Source: Bdellovibrionales bacterium
GTDB lineage: Bacteria; Bdellovibrionota; Bdellovibrionia; Bdellovibrionales; UBA1609
Reading direction: 5' to 3'
Assembly (NCBI GenBank): GCA_041690295.1
Contig: JAWLHR010000019.1
Span: forward strand, 1-62,797
DNA: 62,797 nucleotides
Shown piece after piece: positions 36,704 through 47,284 of this stretch. A program made the translations under genes and the position numbers. Each line of letters starts with the position of its first letter. Within the stretch, counting starts at the first letter, position 1. Below the pieces are notes generated by a model, which worked only from the letters and a program-made list of their open reading frames with translations, did not search any database and had not been told where the DNA came from.

Positions 36704-37177
36704 ATGATGAAGCTGATCGTTTCCATACTCCTTGTGACGCAATCAGCCTGGGGAAGTAATTATATCGACAAGCTCGGCCGGGAGTGGATGCGCTTGGATC
36801 AAACCTTTCAGATTTCCAAGCAAGTTCCCGCGCTTTGTCGTCCGCAGTGTAGTGGCAAGGTCGGAGACGTGAGTTTGGACGGTTGGATCTGGGCGGACCG
36901 CGCTGAAGTTCAATCGCTCTTTGATGAATTAAGGCAAACCTTCCTGATTTTCTTCGGTACGTCCTACCAAGTGCTGAAAGGCCGAACGCTTGTGGCGGGA
37001 GCCTACGGTTCCACTTCGTCGATTCACCCGACGAACGGACTTCGATTTTACGGCGTTTATCACGAAACCCAGCAAGCGGATTTATTTCATTTCAGCACGG
37101 CCTTTGTGGTCGGCCCCGACTCTTGGCCCGAAGAAGCGCAAATCGGGGCCTTTCTTTATCGGCCGATGGTGCGTTGA
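36704..37177 (+). CDS. Secreted hypothetical protein
   Basis: Signal peptide MMKLIVSILLVTQSAWG. Confidence 0.65.
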   Translation: MMKLIVSILLVTQSAWGSNYIDKLGREWMRLDQTFQISKQVPALCRPQCSGKVGDVSLDGWIWADRAEVQSLFDELRQTFLIFFGTSYQVLKGRTLVAGAYGSTSSIHPTNGLRFYGVYHETQQADLFHFSTAFVVGPDSWPEEAQIGAFLYRPMVR

Positions 37178-37189
37178 ATTCGTGAACGG

Positions 37190-39577
37190 TCAGCAGTGCG
37201 GGTGAAGCGGCGAGGGGTCCGGTCCGGTCCACAACGCCGGACGTTCCGAAAGCCCAAGTGTAATCCTCAACACATCCTCGATGCGATCCACGAATTCAAA
37301 TTTGATCTCCGACTTCACTTCCTCGGGGATGTCGGCGAGATCGCGTTCATTGCGAGAGCAAAGAATGATGCGTTCAATTCCCGCCCGGTGAGCGGCGATC
37401 ACTTTTTCTTTAATGCCGCCCACGGGTGTCACCGCTCCACGCAAAGTGATCTCGCCCGTCATGGCCAGTTTCGGATCGACGGCGCGTCCAGAGACGACCG
37501 ACGCCAGACTCGTTAACATGGCGATACCCGCTGAAGGCCCATCCTTGGGGATCGCACCCGCCGGTACGTGCAGGTGAACATCCTGTTTGTCGAAATCAAA
37601 ACCGGGCAAATACGGCGCCAATCGCGAGCGCACCAGAGACAAAGCGATTCGAGCCGACTCCTTCATCACATCGCCCAGTTGACCGGTTAAGGTCAGATTT
37701 CCTTTACCTGGCATAAGAGTCGATTCAATGAATAGAATCTCGCCGCCCTGGGGAGTCCAAGCCAGACCCGTCACCACACCGGGAATCACGGATTTTTCGG
37801 CGACTTCATGCTGAAATCGCTCGGGCCCCAGCGCTTCATATAGATCCTTTTCATCAATCACCACCGGACCTTCGGATTCCAAAACTTTTTCCGCATTGGC
37901 CCGGGCCAAGGTGGCCAACTGGCGTTGCAAATCCCGCACGCCCGCTTCGCGCGTGTAGTTGTTGATGATCTTGTTGAGCGCGGCATCAGTGATTTGCAGA
38001 CGATCCGGCTCAATTCCATTCTCCGGGAAAACCCGAGGGATCAAATGGTTTCTCGCAATGTGGACCTTTTCAGCCGTCGTGTAGCCTGAAAGTTCGATCA
38101 CTTCCATCCGATCCAGCAACGGCCCCGGGATTCCCTCGAAACTGTTCGCCGTGGCGATAAAGAACACGCGCGAAAGGTCAAAGGGCACATCCAGATAATG
38201 ATCCATGAACGTGGCGTTTTGCTCCGGATCCAGAACTTCCAATAAAGCGGCGGCCGGATCACCGGTGAAGCCGCGGCCGAGCTTGTCGATCTCGTCCAGC
38301 ATGAACACCGGATTGTTTTCGCCAGCGCGGCGAATACCTTGAATAATCCGTCCCGGCATGGCGCCGATATAGGTGCGGCGATGACCGCGGATTTCGGCAT
38401 CGTCGCGCACGCCACCCAGACTGCCGCGGACGAATTTTCGGCCCAGCGCTTTGGCGACACTTTGTCCCAGAGAAGTTTTACCGACACCGGGCGGCCCGAT
38501 CAGAAGCAAGATGGAGCCTTTCTCGCTTTTCTTGAGTTTCATGACGGCCAAGTGTTGCAAGATGCGCTTTTTCACTTTTTCCAGGCCGTAGTGGTCCTCA
38601 TCTAATATGCGGCGGGCCTCATTGAGATCCAGTTTGGATAAATCGAATTCCGCGGACTTGTTCCACGGCATGGCGCAGAGCAAATCCAAATAATTGCGAA
38701 TGACGTGACCTTCAGGCGAGGTGTTGCCGATGTTTTCCAGACGCTTCAGTTCATCTTCAGCCACCTTGCGCACTTCATCCGGCATTCCCGCTGATTCGAT
38801 TTTTTTGCGGTAAGTTTCTCCGGTTTGAGTGGTGGACTCGGTTTCACCCAACTCTTCGCGGATGGTCTTCAGCTGCTCACGCAAAATGGCTTCGCGTTGG
38901 CCTTTGCCCAGTTTTTGCGAAAGACGGCTTTGGATTTCGCTTCGCACCTGCAATTCGTCCTTCTTCTTGGATAACAAATCCAACAGTCGCAGCGTGCGGT
39001 TTTTCAGCGAAGTCATTTCGAGAATTTCTTGCTTCTCATTCAACGGTAAATCCAAGTGAGCGCTCGCGAGATGAGTCATCAACGTCAGGTCATCGATTCC
39101 GCGAATAATTTCTTTCAGCTGCGTGACGTTGACCGGGAGATAATCGACCAACTCCTCGGAGACCTGCTTCAAGCTATCCAGAAGCGCCTGTTCGGTGCGT
39201 TCATTGATGTCTTTTACATCGGGAAGAGGGGCCGCCATCGCCGTGATAAAACGGTTTTCAGCCGATTCGAATTGGATCACTTGAACGCGCTCTTCGGGCT
39301 GAACCAGAATTTGGTAGCCTTGTGCATCGGATCCTTCAATGGATTTCAGCTCCGCTAACACGCCCACTTTCGGAAGTGTCTCGGGGCTGGGCGGTGTATC
39401 GGAGAGCTGTGTGACGATGATCACCCAGTTGTCCGTCTCCTGCCGGGCGTGATTCATCGCCGCGATGCTTATCGGTCTCCCAACGATGATGGGAAGATTT
39501 ATGCCGGGAAACACGTGAGTGTTTCGCAGCGGTAATACGGGTAATGGTTTTTGATAATCCGGTTTCACATGTCTCAA
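37190..39577 (-). CDS. lon: ATP-dependent Lon protease
   Basis: LON N-domain, [19 protein letters not shown] and catalytic PKDGPSAG. Confidence 0.98.
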   Translation of the reverse strand: MRHVKPDYQKPLPVLPLRNTHVFPGINLPIIVGRPISIAAMNHARQETDNWVIIVTQLSDTPPSPETLPKVGVLAELKSIEGSDAQGYQILVQPEERVQVIQFESAENRFITAMAAPLPDVKDINERTEQALLDSLKQVSEELVDYLPVNVTQLKEIIRGIDDLTLMTHLASAHLDLPLNEKQEILEMTSLKNRTLRLLDLLSKKKDELQVRSEIQSRLSQKLGKGQREAILREQLKTIREELGETESTTQTGETYRKKIESAGMPDEVRKVAEDELKRLENIGNTSPEGHVIRNYLDLLCAMPWNKSAEFDLSKLDLNEARRILDEDHYGLEKVKKRILQHLAVMKLKKSEKGSILLLIGPPGVGKTSLGQSVAKALGRKFVRGSLGGVRDDAEIRGHRRTYIGAMPGRIIQGIRRAGENNPVFMLDEIDKLGRGFTGDPAAALLEVLDPEQNATFMDHYLDVPFDLSRVFFIATANSFEGIPGPLLDRMEVIELSGYTTAEKVHIARNHLIPRVFPENGIEPDRLQITDAALNKIINNYTREAGVRDLQRQLATLARANAEKVLESEGPVVIDEKDLYEALGPERFQHEVAEKSVIPGVVTGLAWTPQGGEILFIESTLMPGKGNLTLTGQLGDVMKESARIALSLVRSRLAPYLPGFDFDKQDVHLHVPAGAIPKDGPSAGIAMLTSLASVVSGRAVDPKLAMTGEITLRGAVTPVGGIKEKVIAAHRAGIERIILCSRNERDLADIPEEVKSEIKFEFVDRIEDVLRITLGLSERPALWTGPDPSPLHPHC

Positions 39578-39699
39578 GATGAGGTCGAATCCGCCGTAGT
39601 CAATGTGGCAGTGTTTAGATCGTATTCAGCCAGATCCAATTTGTACCGGGTACACTCGGCACGTATTGTGATGAAGCTGCACGTGACTGGGGGCGCTAT

Positions 39700-40314
39700 A
39701 TGAAAATCATCGTTTTGATACTGGCGGCCGTCATGGCTCAAACCGCCACGGCCAAAACCAAAGTGGATGTTCCAGTGTTCGCGAATAAAACAGTGGCGCA
39801 TTCATGTTCGGCGGTGGAGCCCTGGAAAAAAGACATCGACGTGGCCTTCCAGTATCAATTGATTAACAGCCTCAAAGAAACCGGCCAATTTGAGATTTTG
39901 CAGCCCGAGCTTTTGAGACGCGAAAAACGGGCGGCGCTTTTTGATTCCGGCGTGTCCACCATACACAAGAAGAGCTCATTCAGGGTGACTCATTATTCGA
40001 TCCTGGGGGCGTTGAAGACCTTTAATCTCTGCGATGGACAGGCTGTGGTGGAAGTGGAGATCAAAGTGGTTGATGCCAAAACGGGACAGGTGACACAAAC
40101 CTTTGTGAGTCGGGGAGTCGCTCCCAACAAATCGCCGGATCGTTCCTACATGGGAGCGACCTTTAACACGGGTGTTTTCCGTGATTCTCCGATCGGACGC
40201 GCGACCGTCGCGGCGATCGGAGACGCCACTGATCGTTTGAAGAAAGCTTTTCCCAATAACGAGGTGGCTTCGTCGGATCTTCGTGTGAAAACCATCCGTC
40301 GCGGTCGCCGCTGA
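39700..40314 (+). CDS. Secreted CsgG-like protein
   Basis: Signal peptide; LKETGQFEIL, VEIKVVDAKTGQV and SPIGRATVAAI. Confidence 0.55.
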   Translation: MKIIVLILAAVMAQTATAKTKVDVPVFANKTVAHSCSAVEPWKKDIDVAFQYQLINSLKETGQFEILQPELLRREKRAALFDSGVSTIHKKSSFRVTHYSILGALKTFNLCDGQAVVEVEIKVVDAKTGQVTQTFVSRGVAPNKSPDRSYMGATFNTGVFRDSPIGRATVAAIGDATDRLKKAFPNNEVASSDLRVKTIRRGRR

Positions 40315-40441
40315 TGTCTCGAACTGAGACGCTGTCGTCTAGCTAATATATTGATGCTTAAAAGTTGGTCGTCCAGATCGAAATTGAGGGCTCTCAGCGG
40401 GAACAGAGCTTGCTCAATCTACGGGTAAGGGGAGGACTGTC

Positions 40442-40954
40442 ATGGACAAGCTAATGGTGGGCCTTTTGGTCATTGCCATGCTGCCAATGGTAGGATGTAG
40501 CAAAAAGAAAAAGAACAAAATCAGCCAACAGGCGGCGATCAACGCCTGTCTTTGGGACCCAACCGGCAATTGCCCCCGTCAAGCGGCGGCTTTGGCCGCG
40601 GCGAATGCTCCAGCCGTGCTTCCGTACCTGGGTCAGTATAACAATTTGGCTCAACCGCAACCTCCGGCCGCGATTCCTCCGACTCCCGCCGTGGTGACCA
40701 CGCAATCCATTGAACAACAGATCCGCCAGCAGGCGGCCATGGTTCAACAGAAGATCAAAGAGGACTCTTTGAATCCGAATTCCATTCATTATGATCCGCC
40801 TCAACCCATCACTCGAGCCTCGGCTTCGGTGTCGGCGCCTCCGCCAGTGGCTCGCACGGCGTCCGCGCCAACAATGTCTTTGGAAGAACAATTCGAGGCG
40901 ATCATTCCGGATTACGGTCCACCCACGCCAGGCGGGGCGGACTCGGTTCGGTAA
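40442..40954 (+). CDS. Pro/Ala-rich lipoprotein
   Basis: Lipobox MVGC; SD GGAGG. Confidence 0.75.
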   Translation: MDKLMVGLLVIAMLPMVGCSKKKKNKISQQAAINACLWDPTGNCPRQAAALAAANAPAVLPYLGQYNNLAQPQPPAAIPPTPAVVTTQSIEQQIRQQAAMVQQKIKEDSLNPNSIHYDPPQPITRASASVSAPPPVARTASAPTMSLEEQFEAIIPDYGPPTPGGADSVR

Positions 40955-40958
40955 AAAA

Positions 40959-41930
40959 TTAATTCAGCAGAAGCTTTTCCGCCTGTCTCCGTAAGGAGCG
41001 GTTTTTAAACTGCTCGAGAACGGGGCGGCGGTCGCCCACGCGCTCATCCAGGCGCGCCTTCAAAATTTTAATCATTTCGAGCTTCGCGCTTTCCCGGGAA
41101 AGTTCGGCGATCACCAGTCCTAACTGATCCACGGCGATGGTTTTATCATTCTTGATCATTTCTTTCTCGATGCCGCGGAAGTACGTGAACAGCGCCTGCA
41201 TGACCTTTTCGCTGTACGCTTTTCCGTGCTTGTCATCCTTGGTGTAGGCCTCGTAATAGCGGGTGACCGCGACGAACTGGCCAAGAGCCACGGGGCCGAT
41301 CATCTTGGGATAATCAAGGCGGTGCTCGGGTCCAATGGGACCGAGATCTTGCAATTGCGGATTTTCATCGTTGGAGTTGTCGCTCTTGGTGCCGCTGTTA
41401 TTGTTGTTGTTCGAAATGGTCTGAGCCAGTTGAGAGGACGAAGAGGAGCCGCTGGTTGCCAAGGGATTGGTGCCCGGACGGATCTGTCGGACGATTTGCA
41501 ACAGTTGGCGCGATTCCAAGTATCTTTCGAATCGATTTCCATTCAAGCAAACATAGCCGCGAACCGCGAGCTGGCGGCCTGTTTCCGCCGCGATTTCAAT
41601 TTGCCCGGTTTGGCGATTACGCAATGTATGGATATAGGAGAGACAGTCGCGACCATCTTTATGTTTGTAAATCGCCTCCAGTTCGAACGTGCCTTTGTAG
41701 CGATCATTCATCCAATGGAAAGCTTGAACATCTTTGCTCAGATCCTGATTTAAAACCCGGTAACGGGCTTTACCCATTTCGATTTGCCCTTGTTGACCTA
41801 ATGAAGCGTAAACATCTTTGGGGATCAACGATCCTTCAAGAGCACTCACATCAAAATTCGTGGTCTGCGCTCCGGCGTTCAGCGCGAAAAATAAGGCCAG
41901 AGCCAACATGGGTCGACGTGCGATTAACAC
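40959..41930 (-). CDS. Secreted hypothetical protein
   Basis: Signal peptide; central Ser/Asn linker. Confidence 0.75.
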   Translation of the reverse strand: MLIARRPMLALALFFALNAGAQTTNFDVSALEGSLIPKDVYASLGQQGQIEMGKARYRVLNQDLSKDVQAFHWMNDRYKGTFELEAIYKHKDGRDCLSYIHTLRNRQTGQIEIAAETGRQLAVRGYVCLNGNRFERYLESRQLLQIVRQIRPGTNPLATSGSSSSSQLAQTISNNNNNSGTKSDNSNDENPQLQDLGPIGPEHRLDYPKMIGPVALGQFVAVTRYYEAYTKDDKHGKAYSEKVMQALFTYFRGIEKEMIKNDKTIAVDQLGLVIAELSRESAKLEMIKILKARLDERVGDRRPVLEQFKNRSLRRQAEKLLLN

Positions 41931-42090
41931 GGAATCCTCCTCAATAAATTTTCGATCTGCCCCTGAACATACAATTTCAATACCAAGGTCGCGGCGTACG
42001 TATTGGTCGGAGGGCTGTCAGGCACCGAAAGCGAGTGACAAAAATAGGCACTTTTCTAAAGCGACCGGAATTTGCTGCCGATTAGACGGC

Positions 42091-42810
42091 ATGAGCTCAC
42101 TTCTAAGATATAAAAAAGCCGGTGGCTTTTCCCAGCTATTATCCTTGGTTGAAACTTTTGGTCCGCAAAAGAAAGAAAAGTTCCTTGAAATTATCGAAGC
42201 GGAAAGCCCGGTGTGGGCGAAGGCGATCCGCGAGAAAATGATCACGTTTGAACGTCTCTTCTCATGGCCTGAGCAGGTCGTGGTCGAGGTTTTCCGGCAG
42301 CTTCAGCCGAAAACCATGGCCTTCGCCCTTCAGGGTTTAAAAGAAGATCAACGCGCGAAAATCCTGGCTTACTTCTCCCATGCGGAAAAGCGCCGGATGG
42401 ATGATATCTTGCTCGAAAGTCAGCCCAAACCTGACGAAATCGCCGCCACTTTGGTGAAAGTGGTCGAGCAAACCCGCAAGATGTTGAAGAACAGGGAACT
42501 CCACGCTGAAAAATTCGATGAGGCGTTGATCATTCCGGAAGATTTTGAAGTCAAACTCGAAGAAATGGCCGCCGCCGAACAATTCAAACACTTGGCCGGC
42601 GAAGGGGATGACGTGATTCCCGCCAACACGGCGCAACCCGAAGCCACCGCCGCTCAGCCGGCCGCCCAAGCCGCGGCTCAAGAAGCGACCAGCGCGGATA
42701 TCATTCAGTTACAAAAGAAGGTCGCTCAGATTTTGAAGGAGAACAAGCAACTCAAAGATGAGGTCGCTCTCCTTCGCGGCAAACTCGAACAAATCAAAAA
42801 AATCGCTTAA
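42091..42810 (+). CDS. FliG C-terminal-domain-containing protein
   Basis: MSSLLRYKKAGGF...AIREKMITFERL...MAFALQG; C-terminal coiled coil. The ORF track's earlier start overlaps the opposite-strand gene. Confidence 0.7.
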   Translation: MSSLLRYKKAGGFSQLLSLVETFGPQKKEKFLEIIEAESPVWAKAIREKMITFERLFSWPEQVVVEVFRQLQPKTMAFALQGLKEDQRAKILAYFSHAEKRRMDDILLESQPKPDEIAATLVKVVEQTRKMLKNRELHAEKFDEALIIPEDFEVKLEEMAAAEQFKHLAGEGDDVIPANTAQPEATAAQPAAQAAAQEATSADIIQLQKKVAQILKENKQLKDEVALLRGKLEQIKKIA

Positions 42811-44088
42811 TCACCACTTGGTGTCTTTGCCCGTGGCCTCGACCGGGGTGACCCGGACTTGGATCTTGTCGTTGGCGTGCTTTTCCCAGTCGATTTTTTG
42901 CGCGTAGATGATGATCTTTTCGGATTGCACGTCGTGATCCCAGTGAACACCTTTGGTCAGTTCGGTTTCGCCAAGCACCACTTTCAGTTTTTGTTTCGGG
43001 TCCTGGCTGATTTGGGCGAGCCCCGGCAAGACATACTCGATGTCCTTAAGCGCGTCTTGTTGAATTTGCGTTCCGAACTTCGCCAGCATGTCGCCGTAAT
43101 CGCCACAGATGTTCAAAAGGTGGCCTTCAGGAACCGACGAATGGTCTTCCGTTAAAGAGGCCAGTGTGGCGAGCGGGTTGTCGCCGGGTTTGATTTCGTA
43201 GTTCCGTGGCCACTGGTAACGGGTTTGACCGTAAACCGTGCGTTTGGACTCGGCGAACGCCGGGTCCGGTTTGCAATCGGCGAACCCGGGAACATCCGTT
43301 CCGATTTTCATCTTCGGGATAAAACCGACGGTGAAGATCCGGACTTTTTTGTCTTCGCCGATCGCGGCTTTGATTCTCGATAAAGTTTGTTCGGGCGTGA
43401 GGTTGGACGCGTCTTTGGCGTCACTTAAGAGAATCGCCACGAAGAGAGCGCCTTTACGGCGAAAACCTTTGTTGGTGCCATTCACGACGACCGGATTTTC
43501 AACCGAACCCAAAAGCGGAGTGAAAAGTTCTTCTTCTTCCGGGCCCGAGGCGCAAGGATTCTGGGCATTTTTATCAACCAAGAGTTTGATCAGGACTTCG
43601 CGGTTCTTCACCGGATCCAACGAGTTTTTCAGGATTTGCGTGAAGTCGTCGTCCCGGGTCACATAGCGGCGGCCATCGGCGGGGAGATTTTCACCCTTTA
43701 ACGGTTGCAGCGTTCCAGGTTCATCAAAGTGAATTTTGCCGCCGCATTCCCGTTGAACAATGGAACCATAACGGGAGCTATCATGCACGACCGTGTAACC
43801 GATATGAAAGTCGATGGCCTTGATCTTCGCCAAAGCGTCGACAAAGCGGTTGATATTGGCGCTTAATTTCTGCTGATGTTTTTCCATGGAGCCGGAATTG
43901 TCGATCACGAACAAAATGTCGACCCGGGGATCCATGTCGATGGTCAGGCCTTGGATCGGTCGGTCCACGGGAGCCCGCTCGATCTTGGAGATCGGCGCGC
44001 GGGGCGGCCCCGAAAGTGGCGGACTGTCGTTTTGGCACGCGACCATCGCGAAAAGCGCGATCGCCGCTAAGACAATCTTTGAGTTCAT
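42811..44088 (-). CDS. vWA-domain lipoprotein (CglB-like)
   Basis: Lipobox MVAC; MIDAS DILFVIDNSGSM; LLSDA; last gene of the glt-like operon. Confidence 0.8.
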   Translation of the reverse strand: MNSKIVLAAIALFAMVACQNDSPPLSGPPRAPISKIERAPVDRPIQGLTIDMDPRVDILFVIDNSGSMEKHQQKLSANINRFVDALAKIKAIDFHIGYTVVHDSSRYGSIVQRECGGKIHFDEPGTLQPLKGENLPADGRRYVTRDDDFTQILKNSLDPVKNREVLIKLLVDKNAQNPCASGPEEEELFTPLLGSVENPVVVNGTNKGFRRKGALFVAILLSDAKDASNLTPEQTLSRIKAAIGEDKKVRIFTVGFIPKMKIGTDVPGFADCKPDPAFAESKRTVYGQTRYQWPRNYEIKPGDNPLATLASLTEDHSSVPEGHLLNICGDYGDMLAKFGTQIQQDALKDIEYVLPGLAQISQDPKQKLKVVLGETELTKGVHWDHDVQSEKIIIYAQKIDWEKHANDKIQVRVTPVEATGKDTKW

Positions 44089-45581
44089 AAACTCGCCTCC
44101 TTGATACTCGGGCAATCCTTGACCCGGGCCTTATAGTTGTCGAGTTCATCAAACCAAACTTCGTCGGACGTGTAGGGAAAAACCAGGACATCTTTGTCTT
44201 TGACTTCGGTTTTCGCCAGATTCGGACGTTTTCCTTTTAAGTTTTCATCCACGTGGAGACGATGAATCACTTCGGCTTCCACGATATGCATTTTGTTTAA
44301 GATGTCGCGAAACTCTTTGACCTCTTTACGGGCCAGGACGCGAAGTCGTGAGATGGCTGTTTGGCGGGCGTTATCCGCTTTCACCGTGGCTTCGCCCATG
44401 CTTTTCGACAACAAGGTGGACTCGCCGAGGATTCGGGTGAAATCCCGCACTTCGCTGGCGGTTTTTAACTCGCGCAAAACGTGGCGGCGCAGGTCCATGG
44501 CCTTGATGAATTCTCGATCCCTGAAAGCGGCGCGGGGAATGGAATCCACCGTGGCGCCGACCGCTTCAAGGTTCACACCCTTGGTTTCCATTTGGCCGAT
44601 GGCCTTTAAAAGTTTATCGTTGTTGCCCGTGTTGGCCAGCTTCTGGATTTCAGTCAAACGCTGACGCTGGTGTTTTTTGAAGTTCTCGCTGTTCTTGAAA
44701 ACGCGCGGATAATCGCAGGCTTTCAACGCCATTAGGTGAACGAAAAAGTAACTTTCGGGTCCGACGAGCGCGGCCAAGGCCGGAGAGACCAAAGTGATGG
44801 AATCACCTAAAGCGCTATCGAAATCATCGGAGCGTAAATGGGTCCAGGCGCGTTCTTCGAGAGCATCGGTCCAAAGGATCGAGGATTTGGGCACCTCGTT
44901 ATAAGCCTTGATGGCCGCCTGTAAATCGCCTTTTTGATAAAGCACGCGGCCACGCGCCAGCGCGATCTGGTCCTGGCCGATCACACTTTGACCGGACTCA
45001 CTTAGAAGCTTAAGGGCGCGAAGCGCATCATCGAGCTGATTGATTTGCGGCGCCATGGTGGCGATCTGCCACCAAATTCGCGCTTTGTAGTTCACTTGAT
45101 CCTTGGGCGCGCGATTGGCGCGCAAGAAAGCCGCGTTGATGTCGCGTTTGTTTTTGATCCGAACCGTGGCGGACTCGTTGTTGACGATCGATCGCCAGCC
45201 GCCGGCGAGCGGAATATATCCCTTTTGGATCAAGGGCGAATTTTTCAGCGAGACCTCAAGGACTTTGACCAAAGAAGGTTTAATTTGTTTCGGCTTCGTC
45301 TGATGCACCAGCAGGTTGAACCCGAGATAGGGTAATCCGTTTTGAATCAACAAATAGGAATAGGTCGCGATTCCGGACGGTGACGTTCCAAAATCGGACT
45401 TCTCATGGGCGGATCCCCAGGTCATGAGCGCCTGACGATAGTTTCCGGCTCTCATCAAGTCGCGGAATTCTTTCTCAGCCCCGTTCGACTGGGGTAGAAA
45501 ATCAAACGGCGATGCCGTTTCGGCCGAGGCGAACGAGCCGCTCAATAAAATCAAGAGCGCGAGAAGCGATCGGGCTATCAC
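44085..45581 (-). CDS. TPR protein (GltC-like)
   Basis: Signal peptide, TPRs and C-terminal FPYTSDEVWFDELDNY. Confidence 0.75.
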   Translation of the reverse strand: MIARSLLALLILLSGSFASAETASPFDFLPQSNGAEKEFRDLMRAGNYRQALMTWGSAHEKSDFGTSPSGIATYSYLLIQNGLPYLGFNLLVHQTKPKQIKPSLVKVLEVSLKNSPLIQKGYIPLAGGWRSIVNNESATVRIKNKRDINAAFLRANRAPKDQVNYKARIWWQIATMAPQINQLDDALRALKLLSESGQSVIGQDQIALARGRVLYQKGDLQAAIKAYNEVPKSSILWTDALEERAWTHLRSDDFDSALGDSITLVSPALAALVGPESYFFVHLMALKACDYPRVFKNSENFKKHQRQRLTEIQKLANTGNNDKLLKAIGQMETKGVNLEAVGATVDSIPRAAFRDREFIKAMDLRRHVLRELKTASEVRDFTRILGESTLLSKSMGEATVKADNARQTAISRLRVLARKEVKEFRDILNKMHIVEAEVIHRLHVDENLKGKRPNLAKTEVKDKDVLVFPYTSDEVWFDELDNYKARVKDCPSIKEASL

Positions 45582-46297
45582 AGCAACACTCCAATCGTGA
45601 GTCCAAGCACGGTTTGGTTGATGTTCCGATTATGGCTTTGAAAGCCGTCATAGATCTTATCGCCGTAGCCTTGCCAGCGCGCTTCAAGTCGGGTGGAAAA
45701 ATGTTGAGTGAGCCAAAGACCGACACCGCCACCCGCGGTATAAAGCGGCACGGCTCCGCTGGAAGCGAGATTGATCTGACCGGCGCCGCCCAGTACGTAA
45801 ATGTCAAACTGGGAGATTCCCGCATTAAAGAGATTCATTTTCCCGTAAATGGGATACCAGTTCACCACGGCCAGCCAGCTTTCCTTGGCCCAGTCGATTC
45901 CGGGCTGGCGAAAACCGGTTTCACCCGCGGCCCGGCGGGCTTCAGCATCGTCAAAGACTTTGCGGCCTTCGGAGTTCAAATTGTTGCTGGAGTTGTAATA
46001 GCGCGCGCCGACCGACCAGCGGGGCGTGATGTGAAAGTCAATATGTCCGCCGAGCAAAGTGGTGTTCACATAGGGGTCGCCACCCGCGACGCCAGCTCCG
46101 TTCAGGCCGATTTCCAACCGAAGCCGCCGGTCCACTTCGCGATTCTGAACCACTTGAACGCGATTTTTCGGATCAATGGCTTTGGCTTTTTTCAAAAGGT
46201 CTTTGTTCGCGCCAAGGGCGTCCATTTCCTTGGTCAAATCCGCGGACCAAGCGTTCAAAGACAAAAGCGTGAGGGTGAGTATGGCGAGCGTTTTCAT
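45578..46297 (-). CDS. Outer-membrane beta-barrel (GltA/B/H-like)
   Basis: VVQNR, WYPIYGKMNLF and FDIYVLGGAG. Confidence 0.8.
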   Translation of the reverse strand: MKTLAILTLTLLSLNAWSADLTKEMDALGANKDLLKKAKAIDPKNRVQVVQNREVDRRLRLEIGLNGAGVAGGDPYVNTTLLGGHIDFHITPRWSVGARYYNSSNNLNSEGRKVFDDAEARRAAGETGFRQPGIDWAKESWLAVVNWYPIYGKMNLFNAGISQFDIYVLGGAGQINLASSGAVPLYTAGGGVGLWLTQHFSTRLEARWQGYGDKIYDGFQSHNRNINQTVLGLTIGVLL

Positions 46298-47268
46298 ATT
46301 TCTACTCCTTCAACCGACGCAGGCGCGGCCGGCTTGAATTCCACCATGATGTGGACGGGGATCGGATCCGAGTATTGCTTGTTGGAATCGCTTATGGCCG
46401 TCAGGAAGAAGACGGCGGTGATTTTTCGGCCGGAGTTGATCAGTTCCGAACTGGGATCCATGTTGGATATATGAAAACGGCACTGGAACTGCCATTTGTT
46501 ATCCCCGAGGTGCATGGGAGTGTTCCAGACGCAGGTGACCAGCTTGGATCCGTCGTAAACATCGCGCTCGGCGTTCTGCGCCGAGCGGCGGAACTCGGCT
46601 GGCAATAATTTGGGGGCGAGAGGCGCGGTGGGCGATCCGGCGCGATCATGTACGACAACCGTGAAGTAAACGTCGTTGGCTTTGTTGTAAACCACGGGAA
46701 CCTGGGGCACTCCGATCGCTTCCACGGTGGGTTTTTCCTTGTTGTTTTCAACGATCAAATTGAGTCTCTCGGTGGCGATGGCGTTGTCACATGTCTTTTT
46801 AAGATCATCCGAGTCGAATTTTAAAACCAAGACGTATCTGCCGTTGGCCGGGCTTTCCGGTTTCCACGTTAATTGATAAACCGCGACCGCCTGATCCTTG
46901 GCTTTCAAGGCGAATTTCGCACCGGCGGGCAATGGGTTCGCGGTGACGGTGAAATCGGTGTTTCTCGCCATGTTGTTGCGGATCTTGATCTCGTAAACAC
47001 TTTCTGCTCCCGCGGTGAATGACATCAATCGATCGCCTTCTCCGCCTTCAACAAATACCGAAAACGGGAACGAACAGACCTTTTGAGAGTTGTCGGCATC
47101 TTCGACCGGATCGAACTTGGTGCCGTAGGGAACCAAGTTCTTCTTTTCTTCGATGGATTTGTTCACGTTGGGGTAATTCCGCACGGGATTGCTTTGACGC
47201 TTGAACGGGTTTTGCCCTTGGCAGGCAGCCAGCACTAAAGCGGCCCCGATCAAAATCAGATTTTTCAT
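46294..47268 (-). CDS. Lipoprotein with Ig-like beta domains
   Basis: Lipobox LAAC; PLPAGAKF...LTWKP. Confidence 0.75.
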   Translation of the reverse strand: MKNLILIGAALVLAACQGQNPFKRQSNPVRNYPNVNKSIEEKKNLVPYGTKFDPVEDADNSQKVCSFPFSVFVEGGEGDRLMSFTAGAESVYEIKIRNNMARNTDFTVTANPLPAGAKFALKAKDQAVAVYQLTWKPESPANGRYVLVLKFDSDDLKKTCDNAIATERLNLIVENNKEKPTVEAIGVPQVPVVYNKANDVYFTVVVHDRAGSPTAPLAPKLLPAEFRRSAQNAERDVYDGSKLVTCVWNTPMHLGDNKWQFQCRFHISNMDPSSELINSGRKITAVFFLTAISDSNKQYSDPIPVHIMVEFKPAAPASVEGVEI

Positions 47269-47284
47269 TAAAGACTCCTTGGAA

